Assembly (NCBI GenBank): GCA_963723515.1
Contig: CAVRQT010000004.1
Span: 1-32,881 of the forward strand
DNA from: Vulcanimicrobiota bacterium
GTDB taxonomy: Bacteria; Vulcanimicrobiota; Vulcanimicrobiia; Vulcanimicrobiales; Vulcanimicrobiaceae
DNA length: 32,881 nucleotides
Direction: 5' to 3'
Numbering within the stretch: the stretch's first letter is position 1; each line of letters starts with the position of its first letter. The notes beneath the pieces are model-generated. The model was given only the letters and a program-made list of their open reading frames with translations. It did not search any database and was not told the origin of the DNA. A program made the position numbers and the translations under genes. Shown here one piece after another: positions 22,918 to 30,829 of this stretch.

Positions 22918-23873
22918 TCACCGGAGCGGCCGGCTTCATCGGCTCGCATCTTGTCGATGCATATCTGCGGCGCGATTGTAAAGTGATCGGCGTCGACAAC
23001 CTCTCGACCGGCAAATTGGCGAATCTCGATGCGGCGGTCAGCAACGACAACTTCCTGCTCTGCCATGCCGACATCGCCGCGGACATCGCGCATATCGAGT
23101 ACTCGCTCGACGCCGCGCACCTCACGCCGGATTTGATCTTGCACTTTGCGTCGCCGGCCAGCCCCAGAGATTATGCCGAGCTCCCGCTCGAGACGATGGC
23201 GGTTAACGCGACGGGAACGCGCAATTGCCTCGAACTCGCAGTGCGGCATCGTGCCCGGTTTCTCTTCGCGTCGACGTCCGAGTCCTACGGCGATCCGCTC
23301 GAACACCCGCAAAAAGAGACCTATTGGGGCAACGTCAATCCGGTTGGGCCGCGTTCTTGCTACGATGAATCGAAGCGGTTCGGCGAGGCGCTGACGATGG
23401 CGTTCTTGCGAACGCACGACGTGGACGCGAGGATCTTGCGGATCTTCAACACCTACGGTCCAAGGATGCGCGCGAACGACGGTCGGGTCGTTCCAAACTT
23501 TATCGGCCAGGCGCTTGCGGGCGAACCGTTAACGATCTTTGGTGACGGAACGCAGACGCGTTCGTTTTGTTATATCGATGATCTGGTCGACGGCATCGTG
23601 CGGTATGCGCAAGCGTCGTCGCTGCGCGGCAATGTCATTAACCTGGGCAACCCTCAGGAATTTTCGATTCTGGAATTCGCACGCATTCTTTCGGAAGTGG
23701 CGCACGTGCCCGTGCGTTTGACGCATGCGGCGCTGCCGCAGGATGATCCGGCGAGGCGCTGTCCCGACATCACGAAGGCGCGCGAAGTGCTTGGATGGCA
23801 ACCGAAGGTTCCATTACAGGAAGGCATTGCGAAGACAATCGCTCACTTTCAAACGGCGGTCACTTCGCCATGA
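22905..23873 (+). CDS. uxs: UDP-glucuronate decarboxylase (UDP-xylose synthase)
   Basis: TGAAGFIGSH, HFASPASP, STSE.YGDP, YWGNVNPVGPRSCYDESKR, RIFNTYGPRM, QTRSFCY, DDPARRCPDI. Confidence 0.92.
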   Translation: MAVLITGAAGFIGSHLVDAYLRRDCKVIGVDNLSTGKLANLDAAVSNDNFLLCHADIAADIAHIEYSLDAAHLTPDLILHFASPASPRDYAELPLETMAVNATGTRNCLELAVRHRARFLFASTSESYGDPLEHPQKETYWGNVNPVGPRSCYDESKRFGEALTMAFLRTHDVDARILRIFNTYGPRMRANDGRVVPNFIGQALAGEPLTIFGDGTQTRSFCYIDDLVDGIVRYAQASSLRGNVINLGNPQEFSILEFARILSEVAHVPVRLTHAALPQDDPARRCPDITKAREVLGWQPKVPLQEGIAKTIAHFQTAVTSP

Positions 23874-25678
23874 AGCGGATGTTGCGCGCCGCGCTCGTCT
23901 GTTGTTTTGGCGGCGCGCTCGTTGGGCTTGCGGACGTTGCGGTGGCCGCTGTGACGGTCGCAACGCTCGCCGGATCGGGAGCATGGGGCAACGTCGATGC
24001 AAGCGCTGCGAGCGCTTCCTTTATGATGCCCGCCGGTGTCGCGTTCGATCGGGCCGGAACCCTCTTCATCACGGACGCTCAAGCTCAGCAGATCCGCGAG
24101 TTAACAACCTCAGGCGCCGTGCGCACCGTAGCGGTGGATCGTGATTCCGCGGTCGTCGGACTCGCTCGCCACGGTGGCTATCGCGACGGGCCTGCCGCCG
24201 CGGCGCGCTTTAATCGACCCATGGGTATTACGGTTGACCGCTTGGGCAACGCATACATTGCCGACTCGTGGAATCATTGCATTCGCAAACTCTCCCGAAG
24301 CGGCATCGTCACGACATACGCCGGCAGCACTGAGGCCGGCTACATCAACGGCCCGCGACTGCAGGCCCGATTTCGGGAACCTGAAGGCGTAGCGGTAGAT
24401 CACTCAGGGAACCTCTATGTTGCTGACGTCGCGACGGGTTTGCGCAAAATTTCTGCCGCGGGAAACGTGTCGACCATCGATCGCCATACGAGCGACAACA
24501 ACGAAGCGCTCGCGGTATCCGTTTTTGATACCGATTCAGGGCCGCTGCTCTACGTTGCGGAGCGCTTCGGTCTCGCGATTTTGCACCCTGACGGTACGAT
24601 CGAACGCTTCCCGAGCGTCGAAGATTACGATGTTACCGTCCCGCCGGTCCCAAAGGGCACGTTGCGCATCGTACAAGCTCGGCGGCCACTTGGGTTTCCG
24701 ACAGCTCTGGCGGCGGTTGACGACCACACGGTCGCGTTTACGGATGCTCGTACAAACACGGTTCGAGTACTTGAGACAGTACACGGCACGTTGCGTATTG
24801 TCGGCGGAACGCCAAATGACGACGCATCCGGTGATACAGGAGGCTACAAAGACGGCGGCGGCCCGGCGTCCCTGTTTAACGCGCCGCTCGGCATCGCCGT
24901 GCGAGGAAACGAACTCGTCATCGCCGACGCAGGAAATCGGCGCATTAGAGCAATCAGGGACATCGACTACCGCCACGCCGTCGCACCCGCAATGGGATTA
25001 CTCGATCCCGCATTTGGACTGGCAAACGACAACTACCGAATCGCCTACGTTGGAAATTCGCAGGTTTGGAATAATACGACCTGGTCAGATTCAATTGAGT
25101 CCATCGTTGAACGCAAGTTGAACGCGGACCACGTCACGTCTCGTCAGATTCGACTGATCGGTGTGGCGGAAAACGAGAAAGTCGGCGTGGCTGCGCAATA
25201 TGCGGAATGGCTCGCGAAGTTAGGCGGAGTGAATCTCGTTGTGCTCAATCTCAACATCGGCAATTTGCAGTCCTCATTCGCTGATCAGACCGGCAAACTG
25301 CCGCCGGTTAGCTCATGGCAACCGCAACTGGTGCAACGTCTTCGACAGCTGCGTGAGCAGCTTGCTGCGCGAGGGGTACCTCTGGTTGTCGTAACCCACC
25401 CTGCGCCATACGAGTTCGACGTTGCCGAATCGGCATACACTCAGGTAACGCAGGATTTGAGTGATTGGGACGATTCAATCGGGAAGGCGATGAACGCGGC
25501 CGTCGTTGCATCGGGTGTCAAACTGATCGATTTGTGGCCGAAGTTCTACCAATACGAAAGGCTCTCGACGCACGAGCCACTCTTTGGGGGTGACGACTTT
25601 CATTTTTCGCTCAACGGTCGCCGGATGGTCGGGGAATGGTTGGCGCAGGCGCTCGAACAGCTCGCGCCGTGGCGTTGA
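23870..25678 (+). CDS. Secreted NHL-repeat beta-propeller + SGNH/GDSL-like domain protein, paralog 2
   Basis: ATGA overlap with uxs, signal peptide, NHL repeats (FNRPMGITV..YIADSWNHCIR), YVGNSQ and DDFHF; colinear with 4784..6635. Confidence 0.85.
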   Translation: MKRMLRAALVCCFGGALVGLADVAVAAVTVATLAGSGAWGNVDASAASASFMMPAGVAFDRAGTLFITDAQAQQIRELTTSGAVRTVAVDRDSAVVGLARHGGYRDGPAAAARFNRPMGITVDRLGNAYIADSWNHCIRKLSRSGIVTTYAGSTEAGYINGPRLQARFREPEGVAVDHSGNLYVADVATGLRKISAAGNVSTIDRHTSDNNEALAVSVFDTDSGPLLYVAERFGLAILHPDGTIERFPSVEDYDVTVPPVPKGTLRIVQARRPLGFPTALAAVDDHTVAFTDARTNTVRVLETVHGTLRIVGGTPNDDASGDTGGYKDGGGPASLFNAPLGIAVRGNELVIADAGNRRIRAIRDIDYRHAVAPAMGLLDPAFGLANDNYRIAYVGNSQVWNNTTWSDSIESIVERKLNADHVTSRQIRLIGVAENEKVGVAAQYAEWLAKLGGVNLVVLNLNIGNLQSSFADQTGKLPPVSSWQPQLVQRLRQLREQLAARGVPLVVVTHPAPYEFDVAESAYTQVTQDLSDWDDSIGKAMNAAVVASGVKLIDLWPKFYQYERLSTHEPLFGGDDFHFSLNGRRMVGEWLAQALEQLAPWR

Positions 25679-25692
25679 TTAAATCTTGCGCG

Positions 25693-25869
25693 GTTCCGAT
25701 GACACTTCCCCGTGAAACCGCTCACTTCGACGCCGCTCAGCACAGGCTCCGGGCCAACCCATCGCGTTGGCCTCTCTGCTGCCCGCTTTTTTTGCAGAGC
25801 AAGCTTTGAGCAACTTACTGATTTGGTGCAAAAAAAGTCAGAGCTTTCACGGGAAAGCGTCATCGTAAC
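25693..25869. repeat. Long interrupted inverted repeat (MITE/REPIN-like) between convergent genes
   Basis: 25693-25717 matches the reverse complement of 25845-25869 at 22/25; inner CTTTTTTTGCA (25786-25796) pairs perfectly with TGCAAAAAAAG (25827-25837). Confidence 0.75.
25723..25746 (+). repeat. REP-like repeat core variant, copy B
   Basis: CACTTCGACGCCGCTCAGCACAGG, a variant of the CACTTCGACAAGCTCAG core at 1174-1190. Confidence 0.65.
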
Positions 25870-25941
25870 GACGGGAAAGGAATCGCAGCGCCAAAACGAG
25901 CGCTCGTCAGTTCGTTGTAAAAAGAAGAGATAAGTCTTAGT

Positions 25942-26433
25942 CTATTGCGCGCTGCCTTCGAATGTTTTCACGTTCTTCAGGCCCGCATCTTTGAACGCTT
26001 GCTCGACCTGCGGCGCTTCCGATGGATCCGCTTTGTAGGTGACGACCGCTCGGCCAGCTTCAATCGCTTCGTTGTAGTTTTGAATTTGATCTTGCGGAAT
26101 CGGCCAATCCGCGAGATGGTCGATGATTTGCGGCTGGGCGAAGAATCCGACGTAGCGGGTATCGGAGCTGATGCCGGGCACGTTGACGCCGCCGGCTTCC
26201 GTCATGATCGCCGTATCGCCGCGAATCACATCATGCGAGACGTCTGACGTCTGCGCGTATTCGCTGGAATGAATGAATTGCAGAATTGAGCTTGTGTGCT
26301 CTTGCGTCGGAGCATCTCCCGTGATCACGTGCACCTTGCTGCAATCCACGGGCGGCCGCGGGCAGAGCGCATCCTCGATCTTCTTCGGCTCCGACTCGGG
26401 CGAGATTCCGGTCACCAAATGCTGGTCAGCCAT
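25942..26433 (-). CDS. Hypothetical protein (163 aa; C-terminus resembles general-stress-protein-type domains)
   Basis: ATG with upstream AGGA; natural composition; IPQDQIQNYNEAIEAGRAVV..VEQAFKDAG tail. Confidence 0.7.
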   Translation of the reverse strand: MADQHLVTGISPESEPKKIEDALCPRPPVDCSKVHVITGDAPTQEHTSSILQFIHSSEYAQTSDVSHDVIRGDTAIMTEAGGVNVPGISSDTRYVGFFAQPQIIDHLADWPIPQDQIQNYNEAIEAGRAVVTYKADPSEAPQVEQAFKDAGLKNVKTFEGSAQ

Positions 26434-26526
26434 GTCGTCCTAAACCCCCATCTAGATAGCGTTGAACTTCGCTCAACGCTTGGCGCTCCGATTGCGCTTT
26501 TGCCACGATGCGGCAAAAACGCATCT

Positions 26527-26577
26527 TCGCGCCCCCGCCCAAGTCCTGAGCTTGCCGAAGGGCGCGGGCGGGCCCCC
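26527..26577 (-). repeat. REP-like palindromic repeat, copy C
   Basis: Reverse complement GGGGGCCCGCCCGCGCCCTTCGGCAAGCTCAGGACTTGGGCGGGGGCGCGA aligns end to end with 1158-1210. Confidence 0.8.
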
Positions 26578-26606
26578 TTTTAGACTAGCGTCGAACTTCG
26601 CATAAA

Positions 26607-27818
26607 TCATTTCATCTCTCTTATCGCGTGCGCGAGCCGTTCGATGCCGTGGCGGATATCATCTTCCCCGGCGTTCGAGAAGTTCAAGCGCATGCCGTTG
26701 TGAACGTCGCGATGCGGAAAGAAGCTGACGCCCGGAACGAACATGACCTTCTCGCGCGCTGCGACCTTCAGTAGTTCCTCCGTATCGAAGCCGTTGCGCT
26801 CGACCGTTGCCCAGAGGAACATGCCGCCGTTGGGGCGGTTGAAACGGACGTCGAGCGGCATGTATTCTCGCAAGCAGTCATGCATGTGCGTTCGCCGATC
26901 GCTATAGACGCGCCGAATCGTCGCGATGTGATCGTCGAGTGCGGCGCCGCTGTTGACGAACGCTGCAAAAACGTATTGCGCGAACGTGCCGGTGTGCAAA
27001 TCGACCGCTTGTTTCGAGAGAACGAGCCGCTCCATCACTTCCTGGTCCCGCATCACGAGCCACGCGACGCGCATCCCCGGCGCGACAATCTTCGAACCGG
27101 TTCCACTGTAGATGATCGGCGCGGTCGAGTCGTAGGCGATGAGCGAAGGGGCCGGCTCTCCCTCGAACTGCAGCTCACCGTACGGGTCATCCTCGATCAG
27201 CGGAACGCCGTAGTGCTCGCAGATCCGAACGATATGCTCGCGGCGCGATGCGGCGAGCGTGCGTCCCGTCGGATTTTGAAAGTTTGGAACCAGATAGACG
27301 AACTTCGGCAAGGCGTCGGCATGCGCGAGCACGCGCTCCAGTGATTCGGGAAGCATGCCGTCCTCGTCCGTATCGACGGTCAAATAGCGCGCTTGATAGG
27401 AATCGAACGCTTGAATCGCGCCGAGGTACGACGGATTTTCCAAAACGACGTGGTCGCCGGGATCGATGAAGATCTTGCCGAGGATGTCGAGGCCCTGTTG
27501 AGAGCCGTTCGTGATCAGCACTTCTTCGGGCTCGATGTCGATTTCAAAACGTCTTGAAATCCGCGCGGAAACCCAGTTGCGCATCTCCGGAATGCCTTCG
27601 GTGACGCTGTATTGGAGGGCCGCCGGACCAACGGCCGCCATGACCTCGCGCGTGATGTTGCCGATCGCTTCGATTGGAAAGAGTTCCGGCGCCGGGAGGC
27701 CTCCGCCGAAGGAGATGACGTCGGGCTGCTGCGTGACTTTGAGCATCTCACGGATCGTCGATGCGTGAAGCCGTGAGGTGCGCATAGCGAACCGGACGGC
27801 GCGCGGAATCGTCGCCAT
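26607..27818 (-). CDS. PLP-dependent class I/II aminotransferase (LysN/2-aminoadipate transaminase-like)
   Basis: ISFGGGLPAPELFP, ALQY, TNGSQQGLD, PNFQNPTG, EDDPYGEL, GTGSKIVAPGMRVAW, GGMFLW, MRLNFS. Confidence 0.92.
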   Translation of the reverse strand: MATIPRAVRFAMRTSRLHASTIREMLKVTQQPDVISFGGGLPAPELFPIEAIGNITREVMAAVGPAALQYSVTEGIPEMRNWVSARISRRFEIDIEPEEVLITNGSQQGLDILGKIFIDPGDHVVLENPSYLGAIQAFDSYQARYLTVDTDEDGMLPESLERVLAHADALPKFVYLVPNFQNPTGRTLAASRREHIVRICEHYGVPLIEDDPYGELQFEGEPAPSLIAYDSTAPIIYSGTGSKIVAPGMRVAWLVMRDQEVMERLVLSKQAVDLHTGTFAQYVFAAFVNSGAALDDHIATIRRVYSDRRTHMHDCLREYMPLDVRFNRPNGGMFLWATVERNGFDTEELLKVAAREKVMFVPGVSFFPHRDVHNGMRLNFSNAGEDDIRHGIERLAHAIREMK

Positions 27819-27828
27819 CCGGCGGTAC

Positions 27829-28674
27829 TTAGGCGGGGTTCATCGGGGGTCCGCTTATCGGCGCGCGCGTCGCACCGAAGCCGCTCTCGCGTATGAATGC
27901 GAGTATTCCCGCGCCCAAACCGACGAGCACGACGAGCATCGTGATGAACCAACCGACGAAGGGCACAACCTGCGCGGCGGCGATCACGACGAGGCCGAGC
28001 ACAAGCGCGCCGAGCGGTGAAGGTGTAGTGTGCGGACGTACGAGCTCGAAGAGACGCCGTCCCACGAGCATGCCGAGTGCCGCTTGGCCGATGAAGAGGC
28101 CGGCGAACACTGCTGCGATTTCCAATGGAATCAGCGGGATTCCGATGATGCTCACCAAGAGCAGCACGCCGACCGGAATGACGGCGAGCAACGCTGCCGT
28201 CCCGACGCCGGCGGAGAGGCCAGGATGGCGTTCGAGCCGGTCGAGCGCGATGCGCACACGCACCGGAAAGATCAGAAACACCAGCAAGATGATCGCGCCG
28301 TACGCCAGTGACTGCAGCATGCGAACGTTCTCGTGCATGATAGACGATGCGCCCGCAGCAGTTGCCCAAGGCGCAAGCGCTGAAACGTACGGTCCGCCAA
28401 ATTCGTGATATTCGCCCGTAATCGTTGAACCGGGCAGCATCTCGACGTGGCCACCGTAACAGTTTACGTCGCCGTCGACCGTGCCTTCGATGACCGCATC
28501 GCCGCCAACGACCGTGAGGTCGCCTTCGATGACCTGGTCGTGGTCGACTGTGACGTTCTCCCCCCAGTATGTTCCGCCGTGGTCGACTGAGACGGTTGTG
28601 GCGGCTGCGGGGGTGATCGAAAAGACCGCGCAAGCCGCAAAGAACGCCAAAGCAACCAAAGCAGCGCGTTTCAT
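27829..28674 (-). CDS. Membrane protein with N-terminal polymer-forming (bactofilin-like) beta-helix and multi-TM C-terminus
   Basis: Signal peptide MKRAALVALAFF..PAAA, IEGDLTVVGGDAVIEGTVDGDV repeats, then several TM helices (IIGIPLIP, VPFVGW). Confidence 0.8.
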   Translation of the reverse strand: MKRAALVALAFFAACAVFSITPAAATTVSVDHGGTYWGENVTVDHDQVIEGDLTVVGGDAVIEGTVDGDVNCYGGHVEMLPGSTITGEYHEFGGPYVSALAPWATAAGASSIMHENVRMLQSLAYGAIILLVFLIFPVRVRIALDRLERHPGLSAGVGTAALLAVIPVGVLLLVSIIGIPLIPLEIAAVFAGLFIGQAALGMLVGRRLFELVRPHTTPSPLGALVLGLVVIAAAQVVPFVGWFITMLVVLVGLGAGILAFIRESGFGATRAPISGPPMNPA

Positions 28675-28675
28675 T

Positions 28676-29233
28676 TTAAAAACCCTTTCGTCCATAGGCG
28701 AGCTCAGCCGCAAGCCGCGGCCGCAGAACGGTGTAGTAGGCAACGAACGCCGCGCCGAGGAGCAGATCAAGCACCAGCACGCCGCCGAGTGCCGCCGCAA
28801 CGGCCGGCGTCGTGTTGCCGAATGCGTGATGCGATGCTTCAGCGAGCGTTCGCAAGGAGGAGGACAAATTAGCAGCAGCGCTCCCCACCATTGCGATCGC
28901 GGCCGCAATGCTCAGTCCACTGAGCTTCAGCCATGCGCCGATGATGATCCACGCGATGGCGATATACGCACACAGCAGCAGCCACTGGTTCGGGCGATGC
29001 GCATAAGGGATCGGCATCGTTCGCACTTCGGACATGACCGCGTGCGTAAAATTGATCGCAGGTTCCGGCGGCTGCATCGTCTCGAGCAGCCCGTCCACTG
29101 CACGAACCTCTTCGAGCCACGAGCGACATTCGTGACAGCCGCGCAGATGATGCGCGAGGTGATAGCGCGCGCGGTGCGAGAGCGCCTGATCGACGTAGGC
29201 GCCGAGCAGCGGCCTACAATGTGAGCAGCGCAC
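28676..29233 (-). CDS. Zinc-binding anti-sigma factor (zf-HC2/ZAS) with two TM segments
   Basis: GTG start overlapping the sigma gene end; C..CRPLLGAYVD, HLRGCHEC (HxxxCxxC), P..NFTHAVM. Confidence 0.88.
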   Translation of the reverse strand: MRCSHCRPLLGAYVDQALSHRARYHLAHHLRGCHECRSWLEEVRAVDGLLETMQPPEPAINFTHAVMSEVRTMPIPYAHRPNQWLLLCAYIAIAWIIIGAWLKLSGLSIAAAIAMVGSAAANLSSSLRTLAEASHHAFGNTTPAVAAALGGVLVLDLLLGAAFVAYYTVLRPRLAAELAYGRKGF

Positions 29234-29843
29234 TCGGTTTGCGTTCCTTGCTCGCAGTGGCATGGCGTGCTTGTTGCGCGCGTACTTTCTGAGCGAGCGC
29301 GATCTTACCGCGGTGGATCAGCGTCTTGACGTTGCCGAGCGAAAGTCCGAGGGTCGTCGCGATCGTTTGATATTCCATGTTGCTGTAGTATCGAAGCGCT
29401 AACACGGTGCGAGTACGCTCCGGAAGTTCCGCCAACGCGGCGCGCAATTCGCGCTCCGCTTCGGAGCGGAGGAGCCCGGCTGCCGGGTCAGATTCCAACG
29501 AGCGATCAGGCAGGACGTTTTCGAGCGTCTGCTCTTCGGGAAGCTCTTGCGTCTGGGGGCGGCGCCCTGCGCGCGAGAGATGCGTGCGAACGACGTTTCG
29601 CGCGATATGGTAGAGCCAAGTCGAGAATTTTCCAAGTGCCGGGTTGAACGTACCGAGATGCGCGTAGGCGCGCAGGAACGTTTCCTGCGCCAAGTCGGCG
29701 CTTTCCGCGGACCCGCGGACCGCGGCATTGATGAAGCTCGTAATTCCACGTTTGTATCTGTCGACGAGCAGGGCGAATTTCTCTCGATCGCCGCTGCGGA
29801 CAAGCCGCACCAGAGCCTCGTCGCTCTGCCCTTCGATCGCCAT
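29214..29843 (-). CDS. ECF RNA polymerase sigma-70 factor (SigW-like)
   Basis: SDEALV, DLAQETFLRAY, FSTWLYHIARN (region 2), LPERTRTVLALRY..IATTLGLSLGNVKTLIHR (region 4). Alternative ATG at 29900. Confidence 0.93.
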   Translation of the reverse strand: MAIEGQSDEALVRLVRSGDREKFALLVDRYKRGITSFINAAVRGSAESADLAQETFLRAYAHLGTFNPALGKFSTWLYHIARNVVRTHLSRAGRRPQTQELPEEQTLENVLPDRSLESDPAAGLLRSEAERELRAALAELPERTRTVLALRYYSNMEYQTIATTLGLSLGNVKTLIHRGKIALAQKVRAQQARHATASKERKPSALLTL

Positions 29844-29873
29844 CCTCCCCGGATTCGGTCTTTCTCGCGTTGC

Positions 29874-29899
29874 TACCGCGGCGGGGCTGGAAAGTTGCA
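29874..29899 (-). promoter_or_regulatory. Candidate autoregulatory ECF promoter
   Basis: TGCAAC-N16-GGTA on the minus strand about 30 bp upstream of ATG 29843; resembles the SigW consensus TGAAAC-N16-CGTA. Confidence 0.35.
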
Positions 29900-29921
29900 T
29901 GACGCCCCTAAATAGGCGGCT

Positions 29922-30828
29922 ATGGCTTCGGAGAACGCGCGGTTTTCTCGCATCGTGGTCGTCGGGGCCAGCGGACAGCTCGGCACGGATCTCATGGATG
30001 CGCTCGCGCCGTGGAATCCGGTCGGTCTGACGCACGCCGACATCTCGATCGAAGACGACGCCTCCGTTACCGCAGCACTTGAGCGCTACAATCCGGATCT
30101 GCTGATCAACACCGCTGCATTTCACAACGTGCAAGTCTGCGAATACGAGCCGCTGCGCGCACTGGAAGTCAACGGCGTCGCGGTCGGCGCGTTAGCGCGA
30201 GCGTGTGAGGAACGGCAATGCGCAGTTGCGACGTTCAGCACCGACTACGTCTTCGATGGTACGAAAGACCAGCCGTATGGTGAGAACGATAAGCCGCGAC
30301 CGATTCAGGCCTACGGTCTTTCGAAGCTTGCCGCGAGTTGCTTGTCAAAGCAGCGAGCTCGCGTCACTTTTCTTTCGCACGAGCGGAGTTTTCGGCCGGT
30401 TCGGCAGCAAATCGAAGGGCTAGACCTTCATCGACCGCATTCTGCAGGCGGGCGCCGCGGGAAAAATCTCGAGCGTCGTCAACGACATGACGTTCTCGCC
30501 GTCGTACACCCGCGATGTCGCGGCAACCGTTCGCGAAGTCGTCGCGCGCGGCGACTTTGGTTTGTACCACGTCGTTAATAGCGGCTCGTGCACCTGGTAT
30601 GAGTTCGCAATTGAAGCGCTCCCGCAAGCCGGTTTGGACGCTGAAGTCAAGCCGGTTTCGACCGCGCAATGGGGCGCCGACGTCCGGCGGCCGGCAAACT
30701 CTTCGCTGGCGAACGAACGATTGCGAAGCTCGGGCTTCCAAGAGCCGCCGCATTGGCGCTCGGCGGTTGCGCGCTATGTTGCCGAACGGGCATCAGGAGT
30801 TTCTCCCGTGCGGCCTAAAGTGGTGTAG
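29922..30828 (+). CDS. rfbD: dTDP-4-dehydrorhamnose reductase family SDR (frameshifts near 30333, 30370; in-frame TAG at 30421)
   Basis: GASGQLG, INTAAF, STDYVFDG, YGLSK (YxxxK), VNDMTFSPSY, GLYHVVNSG.CTWYEFA, RRPANSSL. Confidence 0.85.
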
Positions 30829-30829
30829 C

